DNA from: Zootoca vivipara
Lineage: Eukaryota
Assembly (NCBI RefSeq): GCF_963506605.1
Contig: NC_083279.1
Span: 34,348,001 to 34,412,000 of the forward strand
DNA: 64,000 nt
Direction: 5' to 3'
Part shown: positions 48,187 to 61,502 of the stretch, in pieces
Layout of the letters: every line of letters begins with the position of its first letter
How positions within the stretch are numbered: the stretch's first letter is position 1
Notes under the pieces: generated by a model
Databases searched by the model: none
Told to the model about the DNA's origin: nothing
The model's input: only the letters and a program-made list of their open reading frames with translations
Made by a program: the position numbers and the translations under genes

Positions 48187-50829
48187 AGATTTTTTTATGA
48201 TTTCTGATTGACATGAGCTAAGAGAATAGCTTGCTCTATACTTGATCAGTTTGGAGCATCAGTGGAAGTGGGTATGAAACTAACATTACATCCCACATTA
48301 TAACTAAAAGGGGTCTGGTTGGGGGATTTCCAAGTTTCAGTGAAAAACAAAGTAGATTTGGCACACCTTTAAAGGCGATATTCTGAAAGATCTACAACAA
48401 TTTCTACAAGCTGATGTTATGTTAACAATACTAGTTTACGCATATTTCCCCTTTCTTATATCGCACATTTACACCTTTAAATTGCATGGAGCATGAGATG
48501 TGTATGTCATGCATTTTCAGTTCACCAGATGACCCAAAATCCTGCCACTATAGCATTAACATGTGGTGCTTAATTTTTCTAATGCTCAGATTCTCCCAGC
48601 TACAGCAAACATCACTATGAAACTTTGTTTACAGACATATTCAGCATTGCACTGACTTTGGTAGAGTGTTGATTTACAGCTAGAGAAACAGAAGTGGAGA
48701 TAATATTGAGAGGAGTAATTTGTTTCCGACAGTTAAAAACATACCATCTTTACTTATGATTCAGTTGGGCTGAGCAAGCAGTCTTTAAAGGGTATTCACA
48801 TCCTTTAACATATCCAAAGCAAGTCTCTAGCACAATTTTTGACCAGACAGTAAGTTAAGATAATGTGGTACCAGGTGCTGCACAGTTGGCGCTGACCCAT
48901 GACAGGGCCTTTTTGGTGGTGGCTGCGTGTGCTCCCTAGCGATATGCATATGTCTCCACATTATCAATTTCAGGACAAATACTCAGGCATGAAAGGATTT
49001 TAAAACGGTTAACTGTTTTAGTAAGTTTTTTTAAAAAACAAAAATGTGGATGTGTTTGCTCCTCTGGGCTCCTTTGGAAGGGCAGGATATAAGTTCAATA
49101 ACAATATCTATATGGGAACATTGAACTTCATGTTCTTACTTGTTGACCAATCAGACTTAATATCTCTGTCTATCTCTGTTTCTCTGCATTTCCTATCAGA
49201 TAGGGCTGCTAGGCTAAAATTAGCAATCTAGAGAAGATCGTGTAAGAGGCACTTAGTCATATTCTGCTGCTTAAGACAGATGATTAAAAACTGTGTCTTA
49301 GTGGTGCAATAGCTCCCAGGGATTTAGACATCAGTATAATAGAAAATGTAAAAACTGTAGAATCTGTTATGTTTTGGTCTTAAATAGGAACAGATGTCCC
49401 AGAGATGGATTCTCAACAGGAACATAATCAATTATCTGTTTCTTCTGTTTCTTTTAAAGTAAAAAATAAAACAGTATCCATCTACAACAATTCTATGCAA
49501 ATCCCTAGAACTGCAGGCTCGAAGCAGAGAGCCACCATTTTTAAATGGGTGACAAAGTAGCACAAAGCAGTTCTTGGAAAATCATTAACACATCCATTTG
49601 GAAAGTTACTCACATTTCAACAAGCAATATAAATTAAAGCATTATTCCCAGTGGAAAATCCAGTAAGCAGCAATTGTCTTTTTAACTAGCTTAGGAAGTA
49701 GAACACAATAAACAGCAGCAACAGAAAACATGGAACTGATGGCAGTATTGTGGTATAGCTCTCTGCTGTATCCCGTAGTTTGCAAAACACCACTTTATAG
49801 GACAATTACAGTTTCAAGCTGGGGGGTGGGGCGCATAGGTTCCCATTGTTTTGGAGAGAGGCAAACTAGTAAGTGCTGAGTTCCAAATTGGTTTCCCATC
49901 ACCAAGGTAAAATAAATTTAAAACTATTTGGAATGTGCAATGGCCTTAATCATTCCAGAAAATCAGTATTTTCTGCTATCATCATCATCATCATCATCAT
50001 CACAAACTCCCATTTAAAAAGTCAAATATAGGGATATTATTGCATATTGTCTTTTTTGTACCTTTCAAAAAGCATTTATTATGCATGACTCTTTAGGTGA
50101 AGGCAAGCAATGGCCATAGCACTGGGGCTTTCAGATCCTGGCATGTAAAAACTTTGCATAAGAAGTGGTGAATTAAGAAGAATAGATGCTCCATATTTTT
50201 GAATTCACAATTCTTCTGTAATGAAGAATGGCTCTTGGATATGACAAGAGTTAATTATTTGTATGTAGGGGTCAATTATGCATGTGAGTGCATGGCTGAA
50301 TGGGGAAACATCTGCAGCCATTTTCATGAACTGGAAAACATGCAGAAAGGGAGAACAGAAGCAGCTCCCATTCCATCAAATTTCTTAACATACACTTAAT
50401 ATATCTGCATTCATTTTATATATAAATTGATTTTTTTAATGAAAGAGCAATAGTTTATTTGCTTAATATAGCTATTCAACCCCTAATTAATGCATGGTGT
50501 GGATTCAAAGGTCTAGAAACGTGTAGCTGTGCATTATTTTTACTCACCACTGATGCCTTCCTTCTTCCAAGTCCTCTGGCATAAGCAGAGAGCTTGAGCA
50601 AGGAAGGCTCGGGTCTCTCATATTATGGCAGGACGCAGAAGCCAGGGGCAGGAAGACTTACACCCCTGATCTTCTCCAATGCCCAGCACAAAGAGAGAGA
50701 ATAGACACTCTCCTTCTCTGAAGTTCTTTTTTTTCTTCAAGTTTGTGCTGTGTTTTTAAGATGACAGGAATGATGCAAGTCACTCCTGTTGATTCTGCAA
50801 AATCCCAGCCAAAATTTGTTGTGTTGTCG

Positions 50830-51130
50830 CTGTATTCTGCCCTGTTGGCACTGACGCTTAAAAGGACTTTCTCATTGGTGCTTTCCCATTTGTGGAATGT
50901 CCTCCCTAGTGAGCTGCACCCCTCACTGTTAACATTCAGGGCGAATTTAAAAACATTCTTTTTCACCCAGGCATTTGGTGGCTGAAAGACACACCATTCT
51001 TGGTAAGTTTGAGATTATAAATTGTGAGAATGTACAATATGTTGCTAAAGTTAAAAAAATATATGTTTTTATCACACTGTTTGCTGTGTTGTAGGTCCCC
51101 TCTCCCCCCAGATTCCTTTGGGAGGAAGAG
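50830..51130 (+). mobile_element. Old L2 3' fragment
   Basis: RTFSLVLSHLWNVLPSEL..FRANLKTFFFTQAF corresponds to the L2 ORF2 C-terminus; similar remnants at ~48870-49105. Confidence 0.7.
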
Positions 51131-51656
51131 TGAGCCAGCAGTACAACAATAGTCACCCCTCCCAATGCACATGCCAAAATACTTGACAGGGGGGTGGGGT
51201 CATGCCTGACAATGTGGAAAATGAACACAGACACACAACCTAAAGACAGCATTCCCTTTAATAGGTAGAGGGTAGGGGAACTTTGTTTCTGGGCATCCTT
51301 GGGACACAACCGAAGGTGTGGAGAGGCCTGTGAAAACAGCTATCAACAGCTTAAAAACACACGGCAACTAACCGTACACGCATTCAGAGCTGTCAAGTAG
51401 AACAATATCACATATTCTCTCCCTCCCATATGCAAGAGACAGATGGCATTGCTGAAAAGTGCATCGTATTTATTCTTAGAAGACACCTCAGTGGGTTTTT
51501 TGAGAAATAATAATAATAATAATAAAACGTTCAATCTTCCAAGGTGATGAGGAAACAAACAGGCACCAGAGGAAAGCATTTTGTGAATGTAACTATTCAA
51601 ATTCAAACTGCAAGATTTAATTGGATAGGCACACATTTGATTAGAGGAAATACAAC

Positions 51657-51875
51657 CTGGCATCAACGCAGCTGTGGGGAAGACTTTTTCTTGCTTTGTT
51701 GTACTTTCATGCAGTAGTTCTTCTATGGTTATCGGAAGGTCCAGGGCATCTCGTATGATCGTTAATCCCTCCAGTGTCTTTTTACCCATTGCTAAGGATT
51801 TTACATCCCAGGTATAGGTTTTTCCAAAGCGGTTGCAGATTTCTTGGAACACAATAGTATAAAGGCGTTCTGTAT
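51657..51875 (-). CDS. PUDP: PUDP/HDHD1 coding exon 2 (219 bp)
   Basis: Acceptor ttttttctttcctcAG, reads (D)[32 protein letters not shown]...[11 protein letters not shown](G), donor CAG|GTTGTA; phase 1 at both ends; matches recalled vertebrate PUDP sequence and splices in frame to the next exon. Confidence 0.95.
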
Positions 51876-52990
51876 CTGAGGAAAGAAAAAAACAACAATA
51901 TTAGTGGCGTGATGTCAGAATGGGGCGTAATTACATAGTGCGCTTATGTGGCATTCTTGGAGGGAAAAGACAGCACTCCTATTGGTGAACATGTTGGCAA
52001 GAATAAAAGACAATACAATAGGGTCTTGAACTCTTGACCATAAGAAATTCATCTTGAACACCATGTAAGCCTTTTCTGACAGGCAAAACTAATAACTTCT
52101 AACTGAAGGTCACAGCCAGGCCACCCAAATCAGGGTGCCACATAACCTTTAACATTAAATACACGGCAACAAGATTATAAATTCACATTCACACTGCTAT
52201 AGAAGGCAAACCTTCATATTTTCAAAACACACTATTGTGGGCTGCAATGCACAATTATGTGTTTGGAACATATTTGGGCAAGAAAAGGAATGCCTTAATT
52301 GGGAGGCAATCTTTATCCTGGAACTGAAGATAACAAATGAAGAAGGAAATCCGGTACTCAGGGGATGTTATTCCATATTCTATTTAAACTATAAAGTAAT
52401 TTATTTTGCAAGCCTTTGAACAGGACTTTAAAAGTTCTTCAAAAGATGCCACAGTCTGCATTATATTGCCAGTGGCACGGTTACATTTACATCTGACTGG
52501 ATTTCCATTACAACCCTATAACCTATAATCAAGGGGGTTTAAGAGCAAGTAAGTTCTCTTCAGGCCACACTCATGCATATAAAGTTTCACCCAAGGAACC
52601 AACCTTGTCCTGAATTCATTCGAAAAAGGCAAGCAAACATAGCCATTCTGGTACAGTTTTATTGCGGCTCTTAAAAGCAAAGTTGTTGAGTACTTTCTCC
52701 CCAGTAAGGTTAAGGGGTCTATTTTTTTTTAATTTTGAGGCCTACTATGCAAAAATACAAGGGTAGGTTAACACCGCTGGTTCACGTGACGAAGATTCAT
52801 TGCTATCCATTAGTCAATCATTATGGCACATTTGGCCATAGCATTCTTGACTTCTTTTTAGCATTGCCTGAATGTACCAGTAAGGGTTCAATTATACCAC
52901 TGCAACTGGCAGTGGTCAGTTTCCAGTTCTTGAAATATGAAATGACATAACTGGATGCCAAAGGATCTCATTACCTTCAGCATCACTTTG

Positions 52991-54708
52991 TTGTTTGTTT
53001 GTTTTTATAACTATTTATTAAATTTTCCAATTAAACACATTTAAAACAATATACAAAACAAACAAACAAACAAACATTCAAAATACATACATCACTCTTT
53101 TAACAATTCTCATTACTCATTACAAAATACTCCGCCGAGTTTGACTTCCCTCCCTCCCCTCAATAGGTTTTCTAATCCGCTCTTATCTCGCAGTTCCTTT
53201 ATATCTAGTCTTTAAAGTCAATTCGTAGGATTTATTTCAAGCCTGCAAGTGTCTTTAAACCTCTACAATTCTTTTCCATATAATCCACAAATTTACTCCA
53301 ATCCCTTAGAAACCTTGTCTCCCTCTGGTTTCGAATCCTGCTAGTCAGTCTCGCTAATTCTGCATATTCAATCATCTTTGTCTGCCAGTCTCCGATTGTC
53401 GGTAAGTCCTGGGTCTTCCATTTTTGGGCCAATAATGTCCTTGCCGCGGTTGTCGCATACAAAAATAAGGTATTATCCTCCTTGGTTATCTCTTGACCTA
53501 TCATTCCTAACAAAAAGGCTTCCGGTCTCTTGGGAAAGGTATACTTAAAAATCTTTTTCAGTTCGTTATATATCATTTCCCAATATCCTTTAACCTTTTC
53601 ACATTTCCACCACATATGATAAAAGTCCCCTTCCTTTTCATTGCATTTCCAGCACATTCTATTACTCATTCTATACATTTTTGCTAATTTCACCGGGGTT
53701 AAATGCCATCTATACATCATCTTCCAAACATTCTCTTTCAAAGCAGTACATGCTGTGAATTTTATTGTTTGGTTCCATAGTTTCAACCACGCATCGTATT
53801 CAATATTATGCCCAAAATCCTTAGCCCATTTTATCATTACCTCTTTCGTCAATTCATCTTTAGTATACCATTCTAACAGCAAATTGTACATTTTGGACAA
53901 CAGTTTTATTCTGCCCCCTAGCAACTCTATTTGGAATTTGGACCTTCTCTCCTCAAAACCAGTTTTTTTGTCTTTTACAAATATATCATTGATTTGATGA
54001 TATTGCAGCCAGCTCGTCAGGTATACTTTAACCTCTTCATACGGTTTTACTTTCCAGCCTTGTTCTGATTGTCTTAAAAATTCTTCATATGTTGGTCTCT
54101 CCCCTTCCATATTCACTTTCTTCACTATGATTACATCCATTGGTGAAATCCACCATGGAGTCTTAGTCTCTAACAAGGCTTTGTTTCTTTCCCATACTTC
54201 AAATAACGACCTTCTTATCACATGATTTGTAAATCCTTTATGGGTTTTTTTCTTATCGTACCATAGATATGAATGCCAGCCCGCTCTGTTGTTGAATCCT
54301 TCTAAATCCAACAAGTCCGTATTCTCCAATGTTATCCAATCTTTTATCCAACAGAGACATGATGCTTCAAAGTATAATTTCAAGTCTGGCATGGAGAATC
54401 CACCTCTTTCTGTCTTATCTACCAATATTTTATATTTTATTCTTGGTTTCTTCCCCTGCCAGACAAATCTTTGTAAATCTTTTTGCCACTCTTTGAATTG
54501 TCTCGTCCCCTTTATAATAGGTATTGTTTGAAACAAGAATAACATTTTGGGTAATACGTTCATCTTTATTGCTGCTATTCTACCAAGGAACGACAACTTC
54601 TTCCTATTCCATATTTCTAAATCCTTCTTTATTTCTTTCCATACCAGTTCATAATTGTCATTAAACAGATTTATATTTTTTGTTGTCATCCATAATCCTT
54701 TTTTACAA
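52991..54708 (-). mobile_element. Young 5'-truncated L1-clade LINE; ORF 53232-54689 is the ORF2 C-terminal half
   Basis: LSFLGRIAAIKMNVLPK, GGFSMPDLKLY, CCHC knuckle CWKC-x8-H-x4-C, no stops over 485 aa; perfect 19-bp TSD TACCTTCAGCATCACTTTG (52972-52990 / 54709-54727); AATAAA at 53014-53019. Confidence 0.96.
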
Positions 54709-56029
54709 TACCTTCAGCATCACTTTGAATGCTGACAATGTAGACCATTTCTTATACTGTACTTCCTTGGAGAAAATAAAGATAGTTTCCCCAAAAAGCA
54801 TATCCAACTAATCCATTAACAGTCATTCTATTTGGCTGAAGTAGAGCTGAAAACCAGCTTAGATGAAGTGCCATTTGGCTCTTCCTCTTCTCAACCTGTC
54901 TCCCTCAATGGCCATATAACTTTAACAAGTATTAGTTCCTGAATTTGCTTGTCTTCCTGTTCCCTTCCCATCTTCCCCTCACCTCTGCTGTATTATAATC
55001 TATTTATTAAAAATCTACAATAAGCAACAACAACAAACGGTGCATGATCACACCTGTTTACTTCATGCATGTTTCCAACTCCCAAGTGGTTCGCAACTCA
55101 ACATTTCTAGATTTTGCATTCTTATCATGAACCTGACCTTAGCTGCAGTAATTTCATGCAGTAAGCATGTGAGGCCATTTCAGCAGGTCAGTTTGCTAGT
55201 GCCCAATGGAAGGGCGATCCATACACCTCACAGAAGCCATTACGTCAGACTGTGATAGAGGAGTGAAAAGAGAAGTGCAGGGTCACCATCAGCTCTGCTG
55301 AGAAGCTGTCATCTGGCAGCAGACATTACATCAGGCTGCAGCAGAGGGAGGAAGAGAAGGGATGCATCACAGCTGAAAGACCAGCAACTCTTGAATCCTC
55401 TCCCTGAACTTTTCCAACTTTTGCTATCAGAATCATGGATTCCTCAAAAGCTCACAAAGTCTCAGTCAGCACTATTCCAGTGACTAGGCTTGAAAAGATG
55501 CCATGACTGATAGCCTGATGATGCATGGGAGCGGTTTAGTTTAAAACCATTAAACTGGATGGAACCTCAAAACAATTAGCAACCTTTGAATGATGAGTCA
55601 AGATTTTCCAACAATATATTAAAAGACAGGTGCAAGCTACACATATTGCAGCACTTTTTTATATATATAAATCACTTCTGAAATAAATAATAATAATGTG
55701 ATTGCCAACAACCAAGGATTGCAACTAATTTAACCAAGCAAGGATTTGAAATGAAGTTTTTCTGATTACCACTTAACATAATTCAATGAAAGTATCTATA
55801 ACTCATCCTAATGGGGAGCAGGTATTCTGTTCTTTTAGGCTTTAGTTGCTGCAAACAAGCTTTTTTGCCATATCATTCAAGACAGCATAAGTACTTGCTA
55901 TAAATGGGTGCTACTGTATGCACATTATGTTTACTGTTGGTTGGGTGTAAAAAAATGCTTGTACTGTAGTTTGCTTATTGATTTATTAAAAATGTAATTG
56001 ACTACTGCAAGAGTTCAGTTGTTCAAATA

Positions 56030-56268
56030 CAGTGGTATTTCTGGTTAAGAACTTAATTCGTTATGGAGGTCCGTTCTTAACCTGAAACTGTTCTTAACCT
56101 GAAGCACCACTTTAGCTAATGGGGCCTCCTGCTGCCGCCGCGCCGGAGCACAATTTCGGTTCTCATCCTGAAGCAAAGTTCTTAACCTGAGGTACTATTT
56201 CTGGGTTAGCGGAGTTTGTAACCTGAAGTGTTTGTAACCTGAAGCGTTTGTAACCCGAGGTACCACTG
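56030..56268. mobile_element. Tc1/mariner-type MITE
   Basis: TA-cagtggta ... taccactg-TA; same family as 10896/14125. Confidence 0.88.
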
Positions 56269-56895
56269 TAGTGTAGTATTGTCACCAACTGTTGTCCCAA
56301 GAAGGCTCAGGAAGAGAATTATTCTTATATAGTTAATCCTTAAAGCATAAAGCATAATCACACAAATTTAAAGCGTACTCACACTAATTCATTTAACAAT
56401 TTTTACTGTATACAATGGTGTTTGGCTAAGGAAGTTTGTAAATTTAAGAATTTTTCAATCAGGCAGTTTTTTGAATAATCAGGTCTCTTAAAAGGCAGAA
56501 TGGGGACTCTTCATACTTTTTCCTACTTGCATCTCCTGGAAGGGGGTATTGGTAAAGGATAGCCATGATTCTGGTATCATGAAGGTTCAATTTTTGACTT
56601 AAACCAGTAAGCCTATCTGACCACAGTTATCAACTGATGAGCTTACCAGTATATCTGAGGGTTGGGACAAAATCGCAAAAAATTATTTATTTTCAGTAGG
56701 ATAAAAAAATTCCCACCCCACCCCTAACAATGACAATACTGGTTACAAAGTAACCAAAGAACAAAGTAACACATTGCAAACAAGCCATGTGCTTCAGTCC
56801 CTTAAATCCTTTATGCAGTGTGGTGAACTTTCCTCTCTCTGGTCCCAGAGAGAGATCCTAAGCTTGTACATCATTGCAGACCTTTTCTCTTACTA

Positions 56896-57237
56896 AAGGT
56901 AAAGGTAAAGGGACCCCTGACCATTAGGTCCAGTCATGACCGACTCTGGGGTTGCGCGCTCATCTCGCATTATTGGCCGAGGGAGCTTCCAGGTCATGTG
57001 GCCAGCATGACAAAGCCGCTTCTGGCAAACCAGAGCAGCACATGGAAACGCCGTTTACCTTCCCGCTGTAGCGGTTCCTATTTACCTACTTGCATTTTGG
57101 CGTGCTTTCGAACTGCTAGGTTGGCAGGAGGTGGGACCAAGCAACGGGAGCTCACCCCGTCACAGGGATTCGAACCGCCGACCTTCTGATCAGCAAGCCC
57201 TAGGCTCAGTGGTTTAACCCACAGCGCCACCTGGGTA
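56896..57237 (-). mobile_element. Sauria SINE
   Basis: Reverse complement of the 38643 copy with a small internal deletion; ~15-bp TSD CCTTTTCT(C/G)TTACTA (56881-56895 / 57238-57252). Confidence 0.92.
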
Positions 57238-57397
57238 CCTTTTCTGTTACTAGTTGCCTCTGATTTCAAGTTCTGCTATGAGATCTGCAGCTCAGGTTTC
57301 TGGGGATGAGTCAACATGGATTCTTTGGCACTGCAGGGAGGTGAACTAGTTCAGCCTTGTGGTCCTTTCCCCACTCTATAATTCTATAATTCCAATA

Positions 57398-57585
57398 CAG
57401 TCATACCTTGGTTTAAGTACGCCTCGGTTTGAGTATTTTCAGTTTAAGTACTCTGCGGACCCGTCTGGAATGGATTAATCCACTTTCCATTACTTTCAAT
57501 GGGAAAGTTCGCTTCAGGTTAAGTATGCTTTAGGTTAAGCACAGACTTCTGGAACCAATTGTGTTTGTAAACCGAGGTACCACTG
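57398..57585. mobile_element. Tc1/mariner-type MITE, monomeric form
   Basis: cagtcataccttggttta ... taaaccgaggtaccactg; TA TSD; one core unit. Confidence 0.88.
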
Positions 57586-58969
57586 TATTAAGCTGTGATT
57601 ATTAGTCATTTTAAAATATCTATAATGCCTAAGTGGTGCTTTTTATTTAGTTATCACTTTAAGGATATAGTAATTATTGTTTAATTGTACAATGATTGTC
57701 ACTCATTAAAATCCTTTTAATGAAGGGCAGTGTAACAATGTTTTAAATAATAAAATGCGAAGCACATTCTACCCGTGTATAACGGGCTACTTCAAAATCA
57801 TCTTACCCAATCCCCCCACCCTGCAAGCCAAAACAATCAGTTTCAGATTGATGTGAACCAATGATTCATCCTCCTTCATGCAGAAGTAAAAAGAGCCAAG
57901 TGAGAAAAAGGAAAGCAAGACCACAGTTTTTACAGATATATATTAACACTTAAATTCAGACGGTGGTGCTGTAAGACAAGGAGAAGAACTGCTAGAACTC
58001 TCAAAAGCTAGGTTTACAGTGCTGATTTGCCCTGGCCCAAAGCACACTGGGGAGCTATTGTAAAGCTGAATGTGCACAAGTTAAATGTGCATAGATTGCA
58101 GGCTTACTCTATACCAAAAGCCAGAAACCAACCAAATAGCCACTTGAACCACTGGATAACAATGCACAAAGGAGGATAGAGTGACTGGACAAAAACTCAA
58201 TGTTTATCTTCATTTTGACAGAGGTTGGAAAAATACCCATATTATAACTGTTGTTGGAGAAGGCAATGGAGGGATACATCAAGCTAAGATGAAAAAGAAC
58301 TTGCAACAAAACCATATCAACAAATTTCCAGACCCATATGACATTTGTTCTTTTTATTTGTCCAAGCCTTTTAGATGAGCTTTATTTGAAGTATTTTTAC
58401 CTGGCTCTTAAATATTACCAAAGAGCAACAGGAAAGTTATTTGACATTGTTGAATTTTTTGATTCTAATGTTTTGTTTTTTTAAAAAAATGTGTTAGCCA
58501 ATTGGGAAGGCTATTCCCCCCAAATTTAATATATATATTAAAAAGATGGTACTTGTACATTCTTAAAAGAGAGATGAAATTACTCGTGATTTTATAAAGG
58601 GAATATTTTAGCCAGCTAACTTACTACATGATTGGAAGTTAGCTTAAGTAAAACTTATTTTTTAAAAGTGCTTGACACATTTTAAATGGATCACAAACAG
58701 AAGAACAAATTATCCCGTATCACTAACATGTTGATATTCTTTTGAGTGTCAACATGTATGTATGGAAGGACAATGTGGTACACAATATATGCTTGGAGAG
58801 AGTCCTTCACCAAACACTCCTAAGAAGACTTTGCAGGCATGGGATAAGAGGAAAGAAAACAGGATAATGAACGAGAAGCAAAGGGCTTCCTTTTTTCTTG
58901 GTATGTGAGTGAGTAACTGACCATTGCAATTGTTTCACACAGCCTTACATACAGTGCTATTAAACACAC

Positions 58970-59235
58970 TAGTGTTTAAGACTCTAAACAACTTAGGCCC
59001 CAATATTTGAAAGACCGCTTCCTTCTGTACTGACCCCACCAGGTATTAAGATCAGCAGAGAAGGCCTTCTTGGTAGCTCTGCTGTTCTTAGAGGTTCAGG
59101 GTGGGTGGTGGCTCAGAAGAGGGCATTGTCTATGAAAGCTCCTAAATTGTGGAATTCCTTCCTCACAGGTGTGTCTGGCACCTTTACTATACAGTTTTCA
59201 GCAAATGATGGAAGATCTTCATCCTGACCTTTGAC
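58970..59235 (+). mobile_element. Old L2 3' fragment
   Basis: FKTLNNLGPQYLKDR..RALSMKAPKLWNS parallels the L2 at 3100-3290. Confidence 0.7.
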
Positions 59236-59237
59236 TC

Positions 59238-59537
59238 CCTATCCATTCTGAAGGAGATCAGCCCTGAGTGCTAACTGGAAGGACAGATCGTGAAGCTGAG
59301 GCTCCAATACTTTGGCCACCTCATGAGAAGAGAAGACTCCCTGGAAAAGACCCTGATGTTGGGAAAGATTGAGGGCACTAGGAGAAGGGGACGACAGAGG
59401 ACGAGATGGTTGGACAGTGTACTCGAAGCTACGAACATGAGTTTGACCAAACTGCGGGAGGCAGTGCAAGACAGGAGTGCCTGGCATGCTATGGTCCATG
59501 GGGTCACGAAGAGTCGGACACGACTAAACAACAACAA
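59238..59537 (+). mobile_element. BovB 3' fragment
   Basis: KLRLQYFGHLMRREDSLEK..VTKSRTRL; (CAA)n(CTA)n tail. Confidence 0.95.
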
Positions 59538-61440
59538 CTACTACTACTACTACCAGTAATCCCTGTTGGATCAAAGGTCCCATCAACTAAATTCAAATTA
59601 TGCACTAGATTCTTGTCAATTAGAATTCCTTTGCAGATACCAAATGAATGTTCTAGAAATATTTTGCATGTACCCGCCATTTCATGCAGGCCCCACTTTA
59701 GTATCTGCATGCAAACATAATCTGAGGGGAACAGTCAGTACAAAAAATTACTCAATGAAATAAGAGGAAAAATACTGCAGCAGGCACCTTTTTTGCTTCA
59801 AAAACAGGCATGCAGAGCTTTTACTGGCCTAACCTCAACAAGATGAGAGTCTCATAGGCAATCTATTTCCATTAATTAGGCCTGTAGGCAGCGGTTCTCA
59901 GAGAGAGATGGGAAACTGAAGCACAAAATAATTATAACAAATTCCATTAACAAAATTGTTCAGTGTGAGGGCTTTTTCCAACTGCAGCTCTAGATGATAT
60001 TAGTAGGCTCTAAGGAATAAATGCCTACAATACAAAGAAAGAATACCTGAACATTATGGGAAAACCTTCTACTTTGTTCTCCCTACTGCTATATAAAGGA
60101 TAATTTTAATCACCATTTTTGTTCAAAGCTTCTAAAGATTTCTTTCTTTCTTTTACAATACAGACAGTTTCATATGGTTATCCTTGATGTTGTATAAGCA
60201 AGTCCTTTATAAACTGCTATTGTATTAAGATGTTTATCACTTGGTAATAAGTAGCAAAACAACATTTTTAAGAGTACGAGGAGGCATTTAAGACAAGCTA
60301 GTTAATTCAGAAAGGTGTATTATTCTGCCACCACTGCATTTTTAGTATAGAAAAGGAGTGGGGGAAGGATCCAATTCGTAGATCTGATTTAACTGGTACT
60401 TATTACAATGGGAGTCCGATTAAGGGCTCAATGGATGATAGCTGGATTGCCATAATAGACAAAATCATTACACTGTACCATTCAATAACTTTCAAAGAAA
60501 AATTTACTGGGCACCGTAACTGATCAATAAGCTTCATTTTAGCCAGCCAGCTGAATAACCCTTATGGCTTTGCTTTACTATAACAACTCTCTATCAGATA
60601 TACTCCCAACAAATAGCTTCTGAAGTTATCTGCATTTACTAGACTCGTCTGCTTGTCTGCTACTGTCAAGAACTAATTCTACTCTGGGGGACATTTCAAA
60701 ACACCAGAATTTCTCAGTGTGTGTCAAATAAAATTTCAAAACAACTTAAGACATAGCTCTATAATTTCCTACTTCAGCAATCCTCCACTGTGATTGTCCT
60801 TTGAAATTACTGCACCTTTATACATTACAGTCAGGAAGTCCTTAAGATATAAAAGGAAGGTGCCAGATGAACATCCCTGGGGAGAGCATCCCACAAGTCT
60901 ACATTCCCATTCTCGTGTTACCACCCACTGGACCCTCACATGGAGGAGACAAGAAGGGGCTCAGAGTCCTGGTTGGTTTATATGGGGAGAGGTGGTCATG
61001 GGCCACTTATTGCCAGTGCTTGCAAACCCCCTTTGGGCCAAGCAAGTTTTTTTTCTGCCCTGCAACTGGTGACATAAGTTGCCAGGAACAGGACAGATGG
61101 ATGTGGCTTGGCCAAAATAGCCTTGCAGGCCAAATGGGGAGGACTGGGAGGGCCAATTCGGCATCAGGCTGGAGATTCCACACCCCTGCTCCAGAGGATA
61201 CTTTTCACCAGCAAAGGTCAGATCCTCATTTTTTTTTATAGGATTGGTTATGTATAGAGTAAACTTTTGGGGCCAAATTCAACTATTTAGGTGTGCTTGC
61301 AGGAGCCAGTAAAATGAAGCCCTCCCCCACCCCCAACTCTCATAGCAATTGGAGAACATGAAATGTTTGTGTTGGTGGGACAATTCTAAGTGTGTGGCAC
61401 TATTTCATTCCCTTTGAAATCAATGTGGCTTATGACATAT

Positions 61441-61502
61441 TCTTCTTCTTTGGCGATCATTCGTAGCCAAGTAAGACTGTCTTCCATGAATATGGTCTTA
61501 AC
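61441..61502 (-). mobile_element. RTE 3' tail fragment
   Basis: tcttcttctttggcgatcattcgtagccaagtaagactgtcttccatgaa matches 14359-14410. Confidence 0.75.
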
